A stretch of 59,148 nucleotides of DNA, taken from positions 1 through 59,148 of IMG/VR virus record IMGVR_UViG_3300005512_000034. One strand, given 5' to 3'. How positions within the stretch are numbered: position 1 is the first letter of the stretch; each line of letters begins with the position of its first letter. The notes under the pieces were generated by a model. That model saw nothing but the letters and a program-made list of their open reading frames with translations. It was not told where the DNA came from and did no database searches. This document shows, in pieces, positions 43,843 through 53,264 of this stretch. Source of the DNA: a virus. Lineage: Duplodnaviria > Caudoviricetes. The position numbers and the translations under genes are program-made.

Positions 43843-45036
43843 TCAGACGGACGCGACGGCGTTGGCGGCAGCCTTCAGGCCGGCCTGGCTCATCTGCAAG
43901 GCGCCGATGTTGTCAGTGCTGGTGCGGCCGGCGCGGATCCAACTCCAACCCGGGACCAGCAGGCGAGTGCTGGAGTCCGTGTTGTAGAAGTGCCCGTTGA
44001 GCGAGGCGCTGCCGTCCAACTCGATGTAGACCGACTGCCCGAAGGCGACGGTCTCCGAGGCGTCGGTCGCGACCCAGATCGGCTCGTCGTAGACGGCGAT
44101 GCAGCCCGAGTTGGCCTTGTACGCGACAGCGGTCCCGCCGACGGTCTCGGTCTCCACGTCGTCCCGGCGCTCCGAGACGCCGACGAGCGAGCGCAGCAGG
44201 CTGGTCGCCGGGCTGGGCCCGGTCGTCAGGGTCTTGATCACGGCGGTCGTGCCGTTGTCGTCGGCCTTGATCGCGGCGTCGAACTCGAAGCCGGCGATCT
44301 CGGCGGTCAGGTTGATCTCGTCGCCCGCGCCCGCGTCAGCGGCGAGCACCGAGTTGGCCGGCAGCTGCGCGTTGAGGATGGCGACGATGGCGGCCGTGCT
44401 CGTGGGCTTGTCGGTCGCCAGCGTGTACGAGGTCTCGGCGATCACGGCGCCGCTGTGCTTGTCCAGGATGGAGATGTGGACCACGTCGCCCGCGTTGTAG
44501 GTGTAGTCCAACTGCATCACCTGAGCGGTGTACAGGCTGTCGAGCGCCTGGGCGCCGGGCTGCGCGTCCTCGCCCGCGGCGAACACGGTCGAGACGACAC
44601 CGACACCGAAGGCGACGGTGGACGCCTCCGCGTTGGCGGTCGTGGTCGCGATGGACAGTTGCGCGTCGGCCTCGGTGAACGTGAACGACTCGCCGGGCCA
44701 CCGGCTGGTCAGGATGCACTCGGTCGCGGTCGAGGTCGCGATGACCTGGCCACCGACCAGGGCCTCGGCGTTGACGGCGGCCGCAAGGCCAGCGGCGATC
44801 TCGGCGATCGTGGCGCTGGAGTCGGCCGTGTAGGACACGGTGAAGCCGTTGACGACGACGCTGTAGACCTTGTCGTTGGTCGCGCCGGACACGGTGCAGG
44901 TCATCACCTGCTTGGCCTGGCTCTGGCTGTTGATCAGTGAGAGGCGGCGGACGTGGTGGCTGTTGTTCACGATGTCGCCGGCCCGCGCCTCCAGGGGGCG
45001 GCCTCGAACGTCGCTGGCCTGCTGGGAGATGGTCAT
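43843..45036 (-). CDS. Head decoration/cement protein with inserted domains
   Basis: Between DUF2213 and capsid; VAFGVGV and IWV...VAFGQSVY segments. Confidence 0.65.
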   Translation of the reverse strand: MTISQQASDVRGRPLEARAGDIVNNSHHVRRLSLINSQSQAKQVMTCTVSGATNDKVYSVVVNGFTVSYTADSSATIAEIAAGLAAAVNAEALVGGQVIATSTATECILTSRWPGESFTFTEADAQLSIATTTANAEASTVAFGVGVVSTVFAAGEDAQPGAQALDSLYTAQVMQLDYTYNAGDVVHISILDKHSGAVIAETSYTLATDKPTSTAAIVAILNAQLPANSVLAADAGAGDEINLTAEIAGFEFDAAIKADDNGTTAVIKTLTTGPSPATSLLRSLVGVSERRDDVETETVGGTAVAYKANSGCIAVYDEPIWVATDASETVAFGQSVYIELDGSASLNGHFYNTDSSTRLLVPGWSWIRAGRTSTDNIGALQMSQAGLKAAANAVASV

Positions 45037-45094
45037 GGAAAGCTCCTGTTGGGCTGGACGCCCGGGGGGTCAGGGTGGATGGGTGCCGCTGGGC

Positions 45095-46336
45095 TCAGCC
45101 CTTGGCCTTCTGATCGTCGAAGACGCCGTTGTAGCCCTTGGTCCCGTCGACCGGGGAGTCGGCGCGGGTGTTCTTGTCGTCGTCGCCCTTGGGCGGGGTC
45201 TTCGGGATCTTGATCCCGCCCCAGCCGCCCGCGTCGCCGTCGGCGCGCTGCTTGGTCGGGTCGGGGAGCATGCTGTAAGCAGCCCGGATGAAGGTCTCGT
45301 CGTCAGCGGAGTCGGCGCGCAGATCCGGCTTGGCCTTGAGGACGATCGCCTTGCGCAGGTCCGCGCTCGACATCTTGGCCAGGGCCTCGTCGTCGCCGTC
45401 GACCTTGTAGAGCTCCGCCTTGGCCTCCAGGTCGGCGCGGTCGGCGTGCCACGCCATCAGGGCGTCGTGGTCCATGGCGTCGGCGCGCGCAGCGTCGCGG
45501 TCGGTCTCGGCCTTCACCTTGGCGGCGTCGGCCTCGTCGGCGCGGGTGGTCGCGGCGGTCAGGTCGGCCTCCAGGGAGTCGACCCGGTCGGCCTTGGCCT
45601 TGAGGTCCTTGACGCCTTCGAGCAGCGCGGCACCTGCGGCCGCCTCGTCGGCGTCGGCGCGGAGGGAGAGGCCCATGGTGGCGGCCAAGATCAGGAGGGA
45701 CTGCATGGATATGCTCCGGGTGTCGGGCGGATCGCCCTCGGGGGTGACTTCTTCGGCCTCGTCGACGCGCAGTTGCAGGCTGGAGCCGCCCCGTGCCCGG
45801 TCGACGATGGCGATGTGATCGTAGCGCCGGTCGCGCTGGATTGCGTCGTACTCGCCATAGACGGCATGCACGCCGGGGGTGTTGTAGAGGCGCACCTGGT
45901 AGCCCGGGGACAACTGCCGCTTGCCCGCGCGCACGTCGCGGATCGCCTGGGCCTCGCGGATCACGACCTTGCCGCGGAGCGGCCCGGACTCCAGCGCGCG
46001 CACGTTGGACACGTCGCCGACCTGTAGCCGCTGGACGTTGTCCTTCGTGACGGGCCGGTCTGCCGGCTCGGGGTGCCCATTGGTCGCCGGCTTGTGCTCC
46101 ATGCTGGCGACGCTGGCGGGGTCGGCCAGGTCCTCGGGGAGCACCAGTTCGCGGCGCATCGAACCATCGGCGCGACGGTAGAGCAGGATGCCGGGGCGCG
46201 CCATGTCGCCTTCGAGCACCAAGTAGCCCTCGGGCGTGACCACGGGTTCGCCGAGCGGCTCCATGCGGTCGAAGCGCCACTCCTCGGCGCCTTCATCGGC
46301 CTCGTCGGCCCGGTACTGGCTGCCCTGCTGGGTCAT
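45095..46336 (-). CDS. DUF2213 prohead protease/scaffold
   Basis: TPEGYL, KPATNGHP, QLSPGY, YDAIQR, DHIAIVDRARGG; RAD repeats. Confidence 0.9.
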   Translation of the reverse strand: MTQQGSQYRADEADEGAEEWRFDRMEPLGEPVVTPEGYLVLEGDMARPGILLYRRADGSMRRELVLPEDLADPASVASMEHKPATNGHPEPADRPVTKDNVQRLQVGDVSNVRALESGPLRGKVVIREAQAIRDVRAGKRQLSPGYQVRLYNTPGVHAVYGEYDAIQRDRRYDHIAIVDRARGGSSLQLRVDEAEEVTPEGDPPDTRSISMQSLLILAATMGLSLRADADEAAAGAALLEGVKDLKAKADRVDSLEADLTAATTRADEADAAKVKAETDRDAARADAMDHDALMAWHADRADLEAKAELYKVDGDDEALAKMSSADLRKAIVLKAKPDLRADSADDETFIRAAYSMLPDPTKQRADGDAGGWGGIKIPKTPPKGDDDKNTRADSPVDGTKGYNGVFDDQKAKG

Positions 46337-46433
46337 CGCCACCTCTTGACGCCACAAGAGATACCACCGGTGAAAGGGGCGGGCAATGGGCAGCGGGGCG
46401 ATCGTGGGCTTGACAGGCGCCGGATTCCCTTGA

Positions 46434-47300
46434 TCACCGAACAGGCGTAGCCGTGCAGCGGCAGAGGATCGGCTGCCCCGGGATCCCCTCCGTGGGGTGC
46501 CCCTGCGGGTAGTCGAAGACCTCGCCGTCGATCTCCTCGTGCAGCGGGCGCACGCGCTGGTCCCCGCTGTCGCGCCACCGGAACCGGGTGAACCCCGCCG
46601 CCATCTGTCGGGTCCGCGTGATCTGCGCGTTGAGGTGCCCGACCTGGTCGCGACCGATCAGGTCCGCCTTGCGCCGCGCGATGGCGAAGCGCTCGTTGAG
46701 CACCTTGCCCAGGTCGCGGGTCAGGAGGCCCTCGGTCTCGGCGCGCACGACGGCGCGGGACAGGTCGTCGAGGATCCGCGCGTCCATGCCTTGGATCAGC
46801 GCGGCGTTCTCGCGAGCCCAGATCCGCAGCTGCGCCTGGGTGACGGCGCCGCGCTCGACCGACTGCCCGAGTTGTCGCGAGACGTTGCGCGCGTTGATCC
46901 GGTCGACCTGGTTGGCGATGCTGCCCATGCGGTCGGCGGACACCGGGAACACGGTCACGAGCCGGCCCCGGATGCGCTGCACCAGCGCCAGGAACTCGGC
47001 GACGAGTGACTGGTCAACGTCGCCTCGGATCGCGGTCTCCAGCAGGTCACCATGGACAGGCAGCACGGCGCGGCCGTCGTACCAGCGCTCGGCGCGCCAG
47101 GGGTCGACGGGCCAGTAGAGGGCCTCGGGGTCGAGGGCGTCCACCCGGTCCCGGTCGCGCTCGATGCCGGCCGACAGGATGGGCTCGGCCTGCTCCAGGA
47201 TGATGCCCTTGAGCAGCGCCACGCGGCGCCGCAGCATGGCGGCATACACGCGCTCGGCGGCCATGGGCCAGGGGCCGGCTCGCCGGAGGGACTGCGACAT
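46434..47300 (-). CDS. Minor head protein (SPP1 gp7 / Mu F-like)
   Basis: LIGRDQV, FRWRDSGDQRVRPLH, PGQPILCRCTA. Confidence 0.9.
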   Translation of the reverse strand: MSQSLRRAGPWPMAAERVYAAMLRRRVALLKGIILEQAEPILSAGIERDRDRVDALDPEALYWPVDPWRAERWYDGRAVLPVHGDLLETAIRGDVDQSLVAEFLALVQRIRGRLVTVFPVSADRMGSIANQVDRINARNVSRQLGQSVERGAVTQAQLRIWARENAALIQGMDARILDDLSRAVVRAETEGLLTRDLGKVLNERFAIARRKADLIGRDQVGHLNAQITRTRQMAAGFTRFRWRDSGDQRVRPLHEEIDGEVFDYPQGHPTEGIPGQPILCRCTATPVR

Positions 47301-48061
47301 CAGTCCGCCAGACTGAGGCCCCGAGCCTCCATCGCGGCGACCAACTGCTCCAGGGTCGCGGGGCCCATGCCGGCGCGGGCGGCGATCTCGGCCTTGCTGT
47401 CGCCGTCGAGCAGCATCAGGTCGGCGATCTGGTTGTCGTCGAGCCAGCGCTGGAGTCGGGGCGGGATGGCGTCAGCCTCGGGCGGGTCAGGGAAGGTCAG
47501 CGCGTTCTCGGCGGGCAGGTTCCCATCGGGGTCGAGCAGGTCGCGCGCGTCCTCGGCCTTGAGGTCGTCGCGCACGATGCGGTCCAGCGTCTCGCGGGGC
47601 AGGTCCAGGTCGTCGAGGCCCCAGCCCAGGTCGACCAGCGCGTTGACGTGCTCCTCGGTCAGCGAGATCGGCACCTCGGTGCGCGCGTCGTCGTTGTCGC
47701 CGCCCTCGACCAGCGCCAGGTCGGGCCCCTCGCGCTCGGCCGCCATGGCGTCGGAGACGATCGTGTCCATGATGCGGTCGGACCGACGGAAGGCAAGCCC
47801 ACGCGCCAGCACCAGCACCGTCTCGGGGTTGTCCCGCACGGCGGGGTTGGACCTGAACGCGTCCTTGGCGACCCGGCGCGCGTCGGCGAGGTCCTGCGCC
47901 AGGTGCTCCAGGTGGGCGGGGTCAAGCGCCCAGAACAGCAGCGCAGACAGGGCGGCCGGCGTCAGTAGCGACTTGCTCAGCCCGAAGTTCTCAGCCCAAA
48001 GCCGCTGCGCGACCCGCGCGGCCTCGTCGATCAGGTCGATGTCGTCAGAACGGTCGAGCAT
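47300..48061 (-). CDS. Acidic protein with C-terminal RNAP alpha-CTD/HhH-like domain
   Basis: LQRWLDDNQIADL..L...SKAEIAARAGMGPATLEQLVAAMEARGLSLA; GAGGAGG RBS. Confidence 0.6.
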   Translation of the reverse strand: MLDRSDDIDLIDEAARVAQRLWAENFGLSKSLLTPAALSALLFWALDPAHLEHLAQDLADARRVAKDAFRSNPAVRDNPETVLVLARGLAFRRSDRIMDTIVSDAMAAEREGPDLALVEGGDNDDARTEVPISLTEEHVNALVDLGWGLDDLDLPRETLDRIVRDDLKAEDARDLLDPDGNLPAENALTFPDPPEADAIPPRLQRWLDDNQIADLMLLDGDSKAEIAARAGMGPATLEQLVAAMEARGLSLAD

Positions 48062-48126
48062 AGTCGCCTCCTCGCGTGGTGCAGCGTAGCGACCGCAGAC
48101 GTAGCACGTCAACGCGCACAGGGGCG

Positions 48127-49641
48127 CTACTCCTCGCCCGGGTCATCGTCGCCCGGGGCGGGGTCGTTGCCCTCGACCAGCGCCCGCGCGAGTTCCTCCT
48201 CCAGGCGCAGGACCTCCGACGCCTCGCGGGCGTCGCGCTCCTCGGCGGCGGCGGCAGCGTCGTAGGGCTGCATGTCCGGGCTGTAGCCGGTCGCGGTGAA
48301 GCGGCTTTGGCCGACGTGGTCGGGGGTGACCACCTGCTTGTCGATGTAGATCCCGTCGGTCTCGGCAACGGTCTTCCGCAGCGCGGCCTTCTGCGTCTCG
48401 GTCATCTCGTCGAGCGGGTTGAACTCCAGCACCCAGCCCTCGGGCGCGCTGCCCTCGAAGGGGCCCGCCTGCGCGGCGAAGATCAGCGAGTAGATGCGCT
48501 CCAGCGGCTCGCGGAGGTCCTCGTCCTGGATCGCCGAGATCACCATCGCCCACCAGGACCGGCCTGCGTTGTCGTCGGTCGAGAGCCCGCCCGGGGACGC
48601 CCCGAACAGGCTCGTGATGGGGCGCCCGGTCACAGCTGCGAGCGACGCCTGGGTCGCGGCGTCCATCGAGTCGAAGCCCGACGCGCTCGACTCCATGTGC
48701 TGGTACTCGTCGTCCTTGCCGAGCACGACCATGCGGATCGCCGAGAGCCCCTTGGCGATGACCCCCAAGCGGGTGTTCAGCGCGGCGGCCGCGTCGCTGG
48801 TCGCCTTCGCGTCGAGCCCGGCGACCTTGACCACGTCGCGGGTCATCTGCTGCGACTGGATGGCGACGCCCTGGTCGAAGCCCGTCCGGTTGCGCACCTG
48901 GTCGTAGATCGCCTGGATCTTGCTGTCGGCGACGCACCTGTTCCGCCACATCTCCGACGGCGGCAGGTTGGCGCCCTCGAACAGCACGCAGCGCGAGGCG
49001 TGGACGATGGTGCCGGACATGGTCAAGGACCCGGTCGGGCTGATCGTGTAGGTCTTGGCGCCGCGGAACGTGGGGGACGCGATGTCGTCGTCGACCTCGT
49101 AGACCTCGAACTCGCGCCGGTCGAGCACGACCAGGTTGACCAGGCGCCCGACCTTGTCGTCCTCCAAGGGCTTCGAGAGGTCCTGCCCACCCTCGACCAT
49201 GTCGGCGGTCACCAGCACGATCAGGGACGCGCCGTACAGCCCCGCCCAGGTCATCGCCCACTTGCACCGGTTGCGGACGCACAGGCGCTTCTCCTCCTCG
49301 GCGAGCCCCTCCACGGCGAGAGCGTCCACGGTCAGCGACCAGCCCTTGCGGGTCGCGTCGTTGGGGACCGCGCCGATGATCTCGCGGACGTACCCGTTGA
49401 AGCGCCACAGGGCGGTCAGCTGGGCGTCGCTCAACTTGACGCGGGCCGTGTCGGGCAGCGCAGCGGCGCCCTTGTCGATCGAGGTCCCGATGCCGCTCAG
49501 GGCGTTGGTGATCGAGTCGGCGCGCATGTGGATCGGGAGGGCCGGTGCTTCGTCGACACGGGCGAGGCTCGTCTCGTCGCTCGGCGCGGGGTCTGCGACG
49601 GGGTGAGAGAACCACGAGCGCAAGGTCGTCATCATGGACAC
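48127..49641 (-). CDS. Portal protein (DUF1073-like)
   Basis: DSITNALSGIG, PNDATRKG, LYGASLIV, VHASR, PITSLFGASPGGL, EFNPL. Confidence 0.9.
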   Translation of the reverse strand: MSMMTTLRSWFSHPVADPAPSDETSLARVDEAPALPIHMRADSITNALSGIGTSIDKGAAALPDTARVKLSDAQLTALWRFNGYVREIIGAVPNDATRKGWSLTVDALAVEGLAEEEKRLCVRNRCKWAMTWAGLYGASLIVLVTADMVEGGQDLSKPLEDDKVGRLVNLVVLDRREFEVYEVDDDIASPTFRGAKTYTISPTGSLTMSGTIVHASRCVLFEGANLPPSEMWRNRCVADSKIQAIYDQVRNRTGFDQGVAIQSQQMTRDVVKVAGLDAKATSDAAAALNTRLGVIAKGLSAIRMVVLGKDDEYQHMESSASGFDSMDAATQASLAAVTGRPITSLFGASPGGLSTDDNAGRSWWAMVISAIQDEDLREPLERIYSLIFAAQAGPFEGSAPEGWVLEFNPLDEMTETQKAALRKTVAETDGIYIDKQVVTPDHVGQSRFTATGYSPDMQPYDAAAAAEERDAREASEVLRLEEELARALVEGNDPAPGDDDPGEE

Positions 49642-49699
49642 GGCGGCCCTCCTGCTGCTCGGCAGGATAGGCGGCCCTGCTCAGGCGGGCAACGCTGGG

Positions 49700-49828
49700 T
49701 CAGAACAGGGAGGGCTGCGCACCCTTGGAGATCGCGAGAGTCGCCAGCCCATCGGCCAGCGTGGGGGCCACGTCTTCGAACCCGGCGCAGTACACGTCGG
49801 CGCGGGGGGTGGAGAGGACAGGCGTCAC
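49700..49828 (-). pseudogene. Possible internally deleted DNA methyltransferase remnant (42 aa)
   Basis: ADVYCAGFEDVAPTLADG..TLAI joined to AQPSLF. Confidence 0.35.
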
Positions 49829-50043
49829 GACGCCGCCCGGATGTGCTTGAGGCCGACAACCCGGAGCATCGCCCCCGCAGGGGCGCCCGGGGCGCGGTAG
49901 TGCGCGTCGGCGACGTTGACGGCGGCGGGCGTGCCCACGATGGCGAACCGCTCGACAGTGACGATCGTCCCGTCGGGCAGGATGGCTCGCCGGCCCGCGG
50001 CGATGATGGCTTCCGCCTTGGCGGTGGCTTCGAGGAAGGTCAC
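49825..50043 (-). CDS. Hypothetical protein
   Basis: GAGG RBS, GTG start, GTGA coupling. Confidence 0.5.
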   Translation of the reverse strand: MTFLEATAKAEAIIAAGRRAILPDGTIVTVERFAIVGTPAAVNVADAHYRAPGAPAGAMLRVVGLKHIRAAS

Positions 50044-50143
50044 GCGGCACCTCGGGTCTGGACGGGCCGGCGGCTGGTGCAACTGCCGAACAGGTGGACT
50101 TGCGCCCAGATTCCTGGCGGTCGTCTGGCGGCTTGCTGGCTCA

Positions 50144-50623
50144 TCACTCCTCCTCGGCGGTAGTCGGCGTCTCGCGGCCCATCCACCAGCCATCAGCCCA
50201 GGCAACCACGGCCACGGGCGCCGGGTCGCACATGTGGGTCGCGGTCAGCGCCCTCCAGCCAGAGGCCCGAAGCCGCTCGCATCGGTCGCGGTACCCCTGG
50301 ATGGTGTCGCCTGTGAGGTGCCCAGGCCCGATGGACGCGATCGGCCAGGACGCGCCGCCGCATGGCTGCGTCTCCTGGTCTGCGGGCCAATCCCACAGGG
50401 CCTTTTCGGCGCTCTTGTCGTAGCAGGCGAGCAGGAGCCAATCGTGCGCGTCGGCAGCACGGCAGGCGCGGAGCCAGTGCAGCACGTCGGAGTGGACCGA
50501 CACCTCCACGCCGAGATGTAGCCATTCGTCGATGGCTGGCAGCCAGTCGGAGTAGCGGCGGGTGAGCACGCAGACCAAGAAGCGGTCGCCGGGGTCGAAG
50601 GGGCTGGCGGACCAGTCAATCAT
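50144..50623 (-). CDS. Hypothetical Trp-rich protein
   Basis: GGAGGAG RBS, ATGA coupling. Confidence 0.6.
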   Translation of the reverse strand: MIDWSASPFDPGDRFLVCVLTRRYSDWLPAIDEWLHLGVEVSVHSDVLHWLRACRAADAHDWLLLACYDKSAEKALWDWPADQETQPCGGASWPIASIGPGHLTGDTIQGYRDRCERLRASGWRALTATHMCDPAPVAVVAWADGWWMGRETPTTAEEE

Positions 50624-50949
50624 GGCTCGTCTCCTCCTGGGTCACGCTCGTCCGCGAGGTCCCGGAGTCGGCGGTACTCGGCCACCGTCAGCACCACCAC
50701 GTCCTGGTGCTCAAGGGTGCCCACCTCGTACAGCGCAGCACGGTCACCGGTCAGCAGCACGCCCTCGGGGCCGGCCTCCCTGACGGTCAGGGTGCGGCGT
50801 GTGGGGTCGGGGGTCACGGTGCCCCCATGCGCAGCGCCAGCGTGACGCGGTTGGGCGGGATCTCCAACAGGTCCACCAACTCCTGAAGTTCGTGAGCCAG
50901 CGGTGGGGTGGTCCCGCTCTCCAGGTGCTTCCTTCGTCTTCCTGGCCAT
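50620..50949 (-). CDS. Hypothetical protein
   Basis: First ATG after motif promoter. Confidence 0.55.
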   Translation of the reverse strand: MARKTKEAPGERDHPTAGSRTSGVGGPVGDPAQPRHAGAAHGGTVTPDPTRRTLTVREAGPEGVLLTGDRAALYEVGTLEHQDVVVLTVAEYRRLRDLADERDPGGDEP

Positions 50950-50954
50950 GCCGG

Positions 50955-51000
50955 CTCCTTGCTACGCCTGCACTGTAGCCCCCGCGCGCAGCGGGCGCAA
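50955..51000 (-). promoter_or_regulatory. Cassette promoter with operator
   Basis: TTGCGC-17-TACAGT; palindrome 50961-50979; AAGGAG. Confidence 0.8.
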
Positions 51001-51002
51001 GC

Positions 51003-52577
51003 CTACAGCCCGAGCGCGGCCGAGATCGCGGCGGTCGTCGCCTCGACGGTCGTGGTCGTCTTCTGCGTCCAGCGGCAGTGCAACTGCGAGGCGGCGTCGA
51101 CCTTGTCATTCGGTTTGCCGGGGAACTCCAGGTGCTCGTCGAGCCAGGACTTGACCCAGGCGGCGGCGGTCTGGTGATCGTCGGCGGGGATGTAGACGAA
51201 CCCGGCCTCGGCGACGCTCTCGGTGTACGCGGCGCGGGCCTCCTTTCCGCCGACCGAGCCGGGGCGGAAGTCCACGACGGGGATCCCCCGCTGCCGCGCA
51301 GCGTCCGCCAGCGCGAAGCCGTTGGAGGCCGCCTCGATGATCACCTCAGACACGCCGAACGGGGCCCACTGGTTCCACAGGGCGGCGAGCTCCATGTCCT
51401 GCTGCGGGCTGCGCCACTGCCCGCCGATGGAGTCGAGCAGCACGCGCTTGCCGCCCTTCATCATCCCCCACACCTGCATGCTGGTGTAGTCGGCAGTCTC
51501 CTTGTCGGACGCGGCGCAGTCGACCGTGATCGCGAGCCGGTGGCACAGGTTGGCCATGGCTGCCGGCGAGGCGTTGTAGCGCTTGAACCAGCCGCGCTTG
51601 AACCGCTTTCCCTGCGCGGGGCGCGGCCACTGCTGGCCCTGGGCGTGCCAGGCCCGGCCCCACCGTTTGCGCATGATCGCGACCTCGGCCGGGCCCCACC
51701 GGGCCGGCATCAGCAACTCGCCCTTCACGGTGCGCGGGTCGCCCGGGTAGCGGTGCGGGTGCTCCGGGTCGAACTCCATGGGCAGCACGATCGCCTGTCC
51801 GCCCAGGGTGTTGTCGGTCCACTCGGGGCGCTTCAGGAACTCGCCGGCCATGTCGTTCTGGTGGAGACGCTGCATGACCAGCACGCGCGCCGAGGTCTTC
51901 GGGTCGTTGAGCCGGGAGTCCAGCGTCTCGTCGAAGGTCTGCACGCCGGCGCGCATCATCCGCTCTTGGACCTGGAGCGAGTGCTTGACCACCTGCGAGG
52001 CGTCGTAGGGGTCATCGACGAGCAGTTGGTCCCCGCGCTTGCCGGTGATGGCGGCGCGGATGCCGATGCACTGGCGCGCGCCCTGGAGCGTGTTGCCCCA
52101 GTTGGTCACAGCTGCGCGGTCCAGGACGAGCCCCCACGGGCGGCCACCGGTGCGGTCTGCCCACGACGCGCGGCGCGTCTCGATGCCGTAGGCGAGCAGC
52201 GCTCGGTACAGCCGGGACTGCACGATGTCGCGGGTCTTGCGGCTGGCCTCCTTGGCCAGGTCCACGGTGTTGGACACGCACAGGGTGCGCAGGCTCGGGT
52301 TGTGGAGCATCTGCCACGCCTGCCACATGACCGAGACGATCAGGGTCTTCATGGACCCGGGCGGGATGCAGATCACGAGGCGCCGGATCTCGCCGCGGGT
52401 GACGCGCTCCAGTTCCTTGCAGACGGCTTCGACGTGCCAGGTCGGCACGAAGTCGCGGCCCGGTTCGACGACGCTCCAGAACACGCGCAGGAACCAGTAG
52501 AGCGAGCGCCACGCCATCTCCAGACGGGCGCGCGTCCGGACTGCTGCTCGCTGCTGGGCCGGAAGGCGGACGGTCAC
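51003..52577 (-). CDS. terL: Terminase large subunit
   Basis: IPPGSMKT Walker A, LLVDDP Walker B, VMQRLHQND, ITVDCA, IIEAASNG, DKVDAASQ; leaderless TAGCCT-N6-GTG. Confidence 0.95.
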   Translation of the reverse strand: MTVRLPAQQRAAVRTRARLEMAWRSLYWFLRVFWSVVEPGRDFVPTWHVEAVCKELERVTRGEIRRLVICIPPGSMKTLIVSVMWQAWQMLHNPSLRTLCVSNTVDLAKEASRKTRDIVQSRLYRALLAYGIETRRASWADRTGGRPWGLVLDRAAVTNWGNTLQGARQCIGIRAAITGKRGDQLLVDDPYDASQVVKHSLQVQERMMRAGVQTFDETLDSRLNDPKTSARVLVMQRLHQNDMAGEFLKRPEWTDNTLGGQAIVLPMEFDPEHPHRYPGDPRTVKGELLMPARWGPAEVAIMRKRWGRAWHAQGQQWPRPAQGKRFKRGWFKRYNASPAAMANLCHRLAITVDCAASDKETADYTSMQVWGMMKGGKRVLLDSIGGQWRSPQQDMELAALWNQWAPFGVSEVIIEAASNGFALADAARQRGIPVVDFRPGSVGGKEARAAYTESVAEAGFVYIPADDHQTAAAWVKSWLDEHLEFPGKPNDKVDAASQLHCRWTQKTTTTVEATTAAISAALGL

Positions 52578-52586
52578 ACCCGCAGG

Positions 52587-52790
52587 CTATCGCGCGGCCT
52601 CGGAAGCCGAGGGACTAGGCCCTCTGTGATGGGTGCCGACGCGGGTGACCTTGAGGTCACGCCTCCGCCGAACGGGGTCCGTGTTTCGGGCTTCGGCCAC
52701 ACTCCAGGCAGCCACGACGAAGCGTTGGTACTCGCCCAAACGGGCATTGTCCTGCCGCTCGACCAAGTAGATGGATCGGCTCGTGCTCAT
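52587..52790 (-). CDS. Small hypothetical protein
   Basis: IYLVER...FVVAA.SVAEAR; motif promoter. Confidence 0.7.
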   Translation of the reverse strand: MSTSRSIYLVERQDNARLGEYQRFVVAAWSVAEARNTDPVRRRRDLKVTRVGTHHRGPSPSASEAAR

Positions 52791-52796
52791 GCGTTG

Positions 52797-52841
52797 CTCC
52801 TGCTACCCGCTAACGGTAGCGCACTACGCCAGGAACATCAA
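52797..52841 (-). promoter_or_regulatory. Cassette promoter with operator
   Basis: TTGATG-17-TACCGT; palindrome 52802-52820; AGGAG. Confidence 0.75.
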
Positions 52842-53264
52842 GAGCACGATCCGGCGCCCGGCGTGCGGCGGGACCGCGTGCGGCTCCCGCGTGCCCATGA
52901 CGACGGCGGCCAGGTGGTGCTCGGCGGCGCTGACCTCCCACCCCTCCCCCACAATCGACGGGCCCGCCTGCTCGAGCTCGCCCGGGGCGGTCAGCAGCAC
53001 CGAGACGGACCGCCGGACCCAGGGCATGTGCGGCCCCGCGTCGTGGTGCAGGGCGTGCCCTGCGGGCTTGTGCTCGACCCGGGCGTAGGACGGGGACACC
53101 GGGGCGGGTTCGCCCAGCAACGCCAGCAGGCGGCGCACAGGGCCCGCCACGAGCGGCCGGGTGAGCATCGCCGGGCCGACTACCGTCGAGAGGGCCCCAG
53201 CGTCGTAGGCGGCGACCAGGCCCGCGGCCTCGGCGGCGGTCAGGACGCCCGGGAGGAGGGTCAC
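52824..53264 (-). CDS. Putative 2OG-Fe(II) oxygenase
   Basis: HHD...SVSVLL...HAV....RRIVL (HxD...H...R); GTGA coupling. Confidence 0.65.
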   Translation of the reverse strand: MTLLPGVLTAAEAAGLVAAYDAGALSTVVGPAMLTRPLVAGPVRRLLALLGEPAPVSPSYARVEHKPAGHALHHDAGPHMPWVRRSVSVLLTAPGELEQAGPSIVGEGWEVSAAEHHLAAVVMGTREPHAVPPHAGRRIVLLMFLA

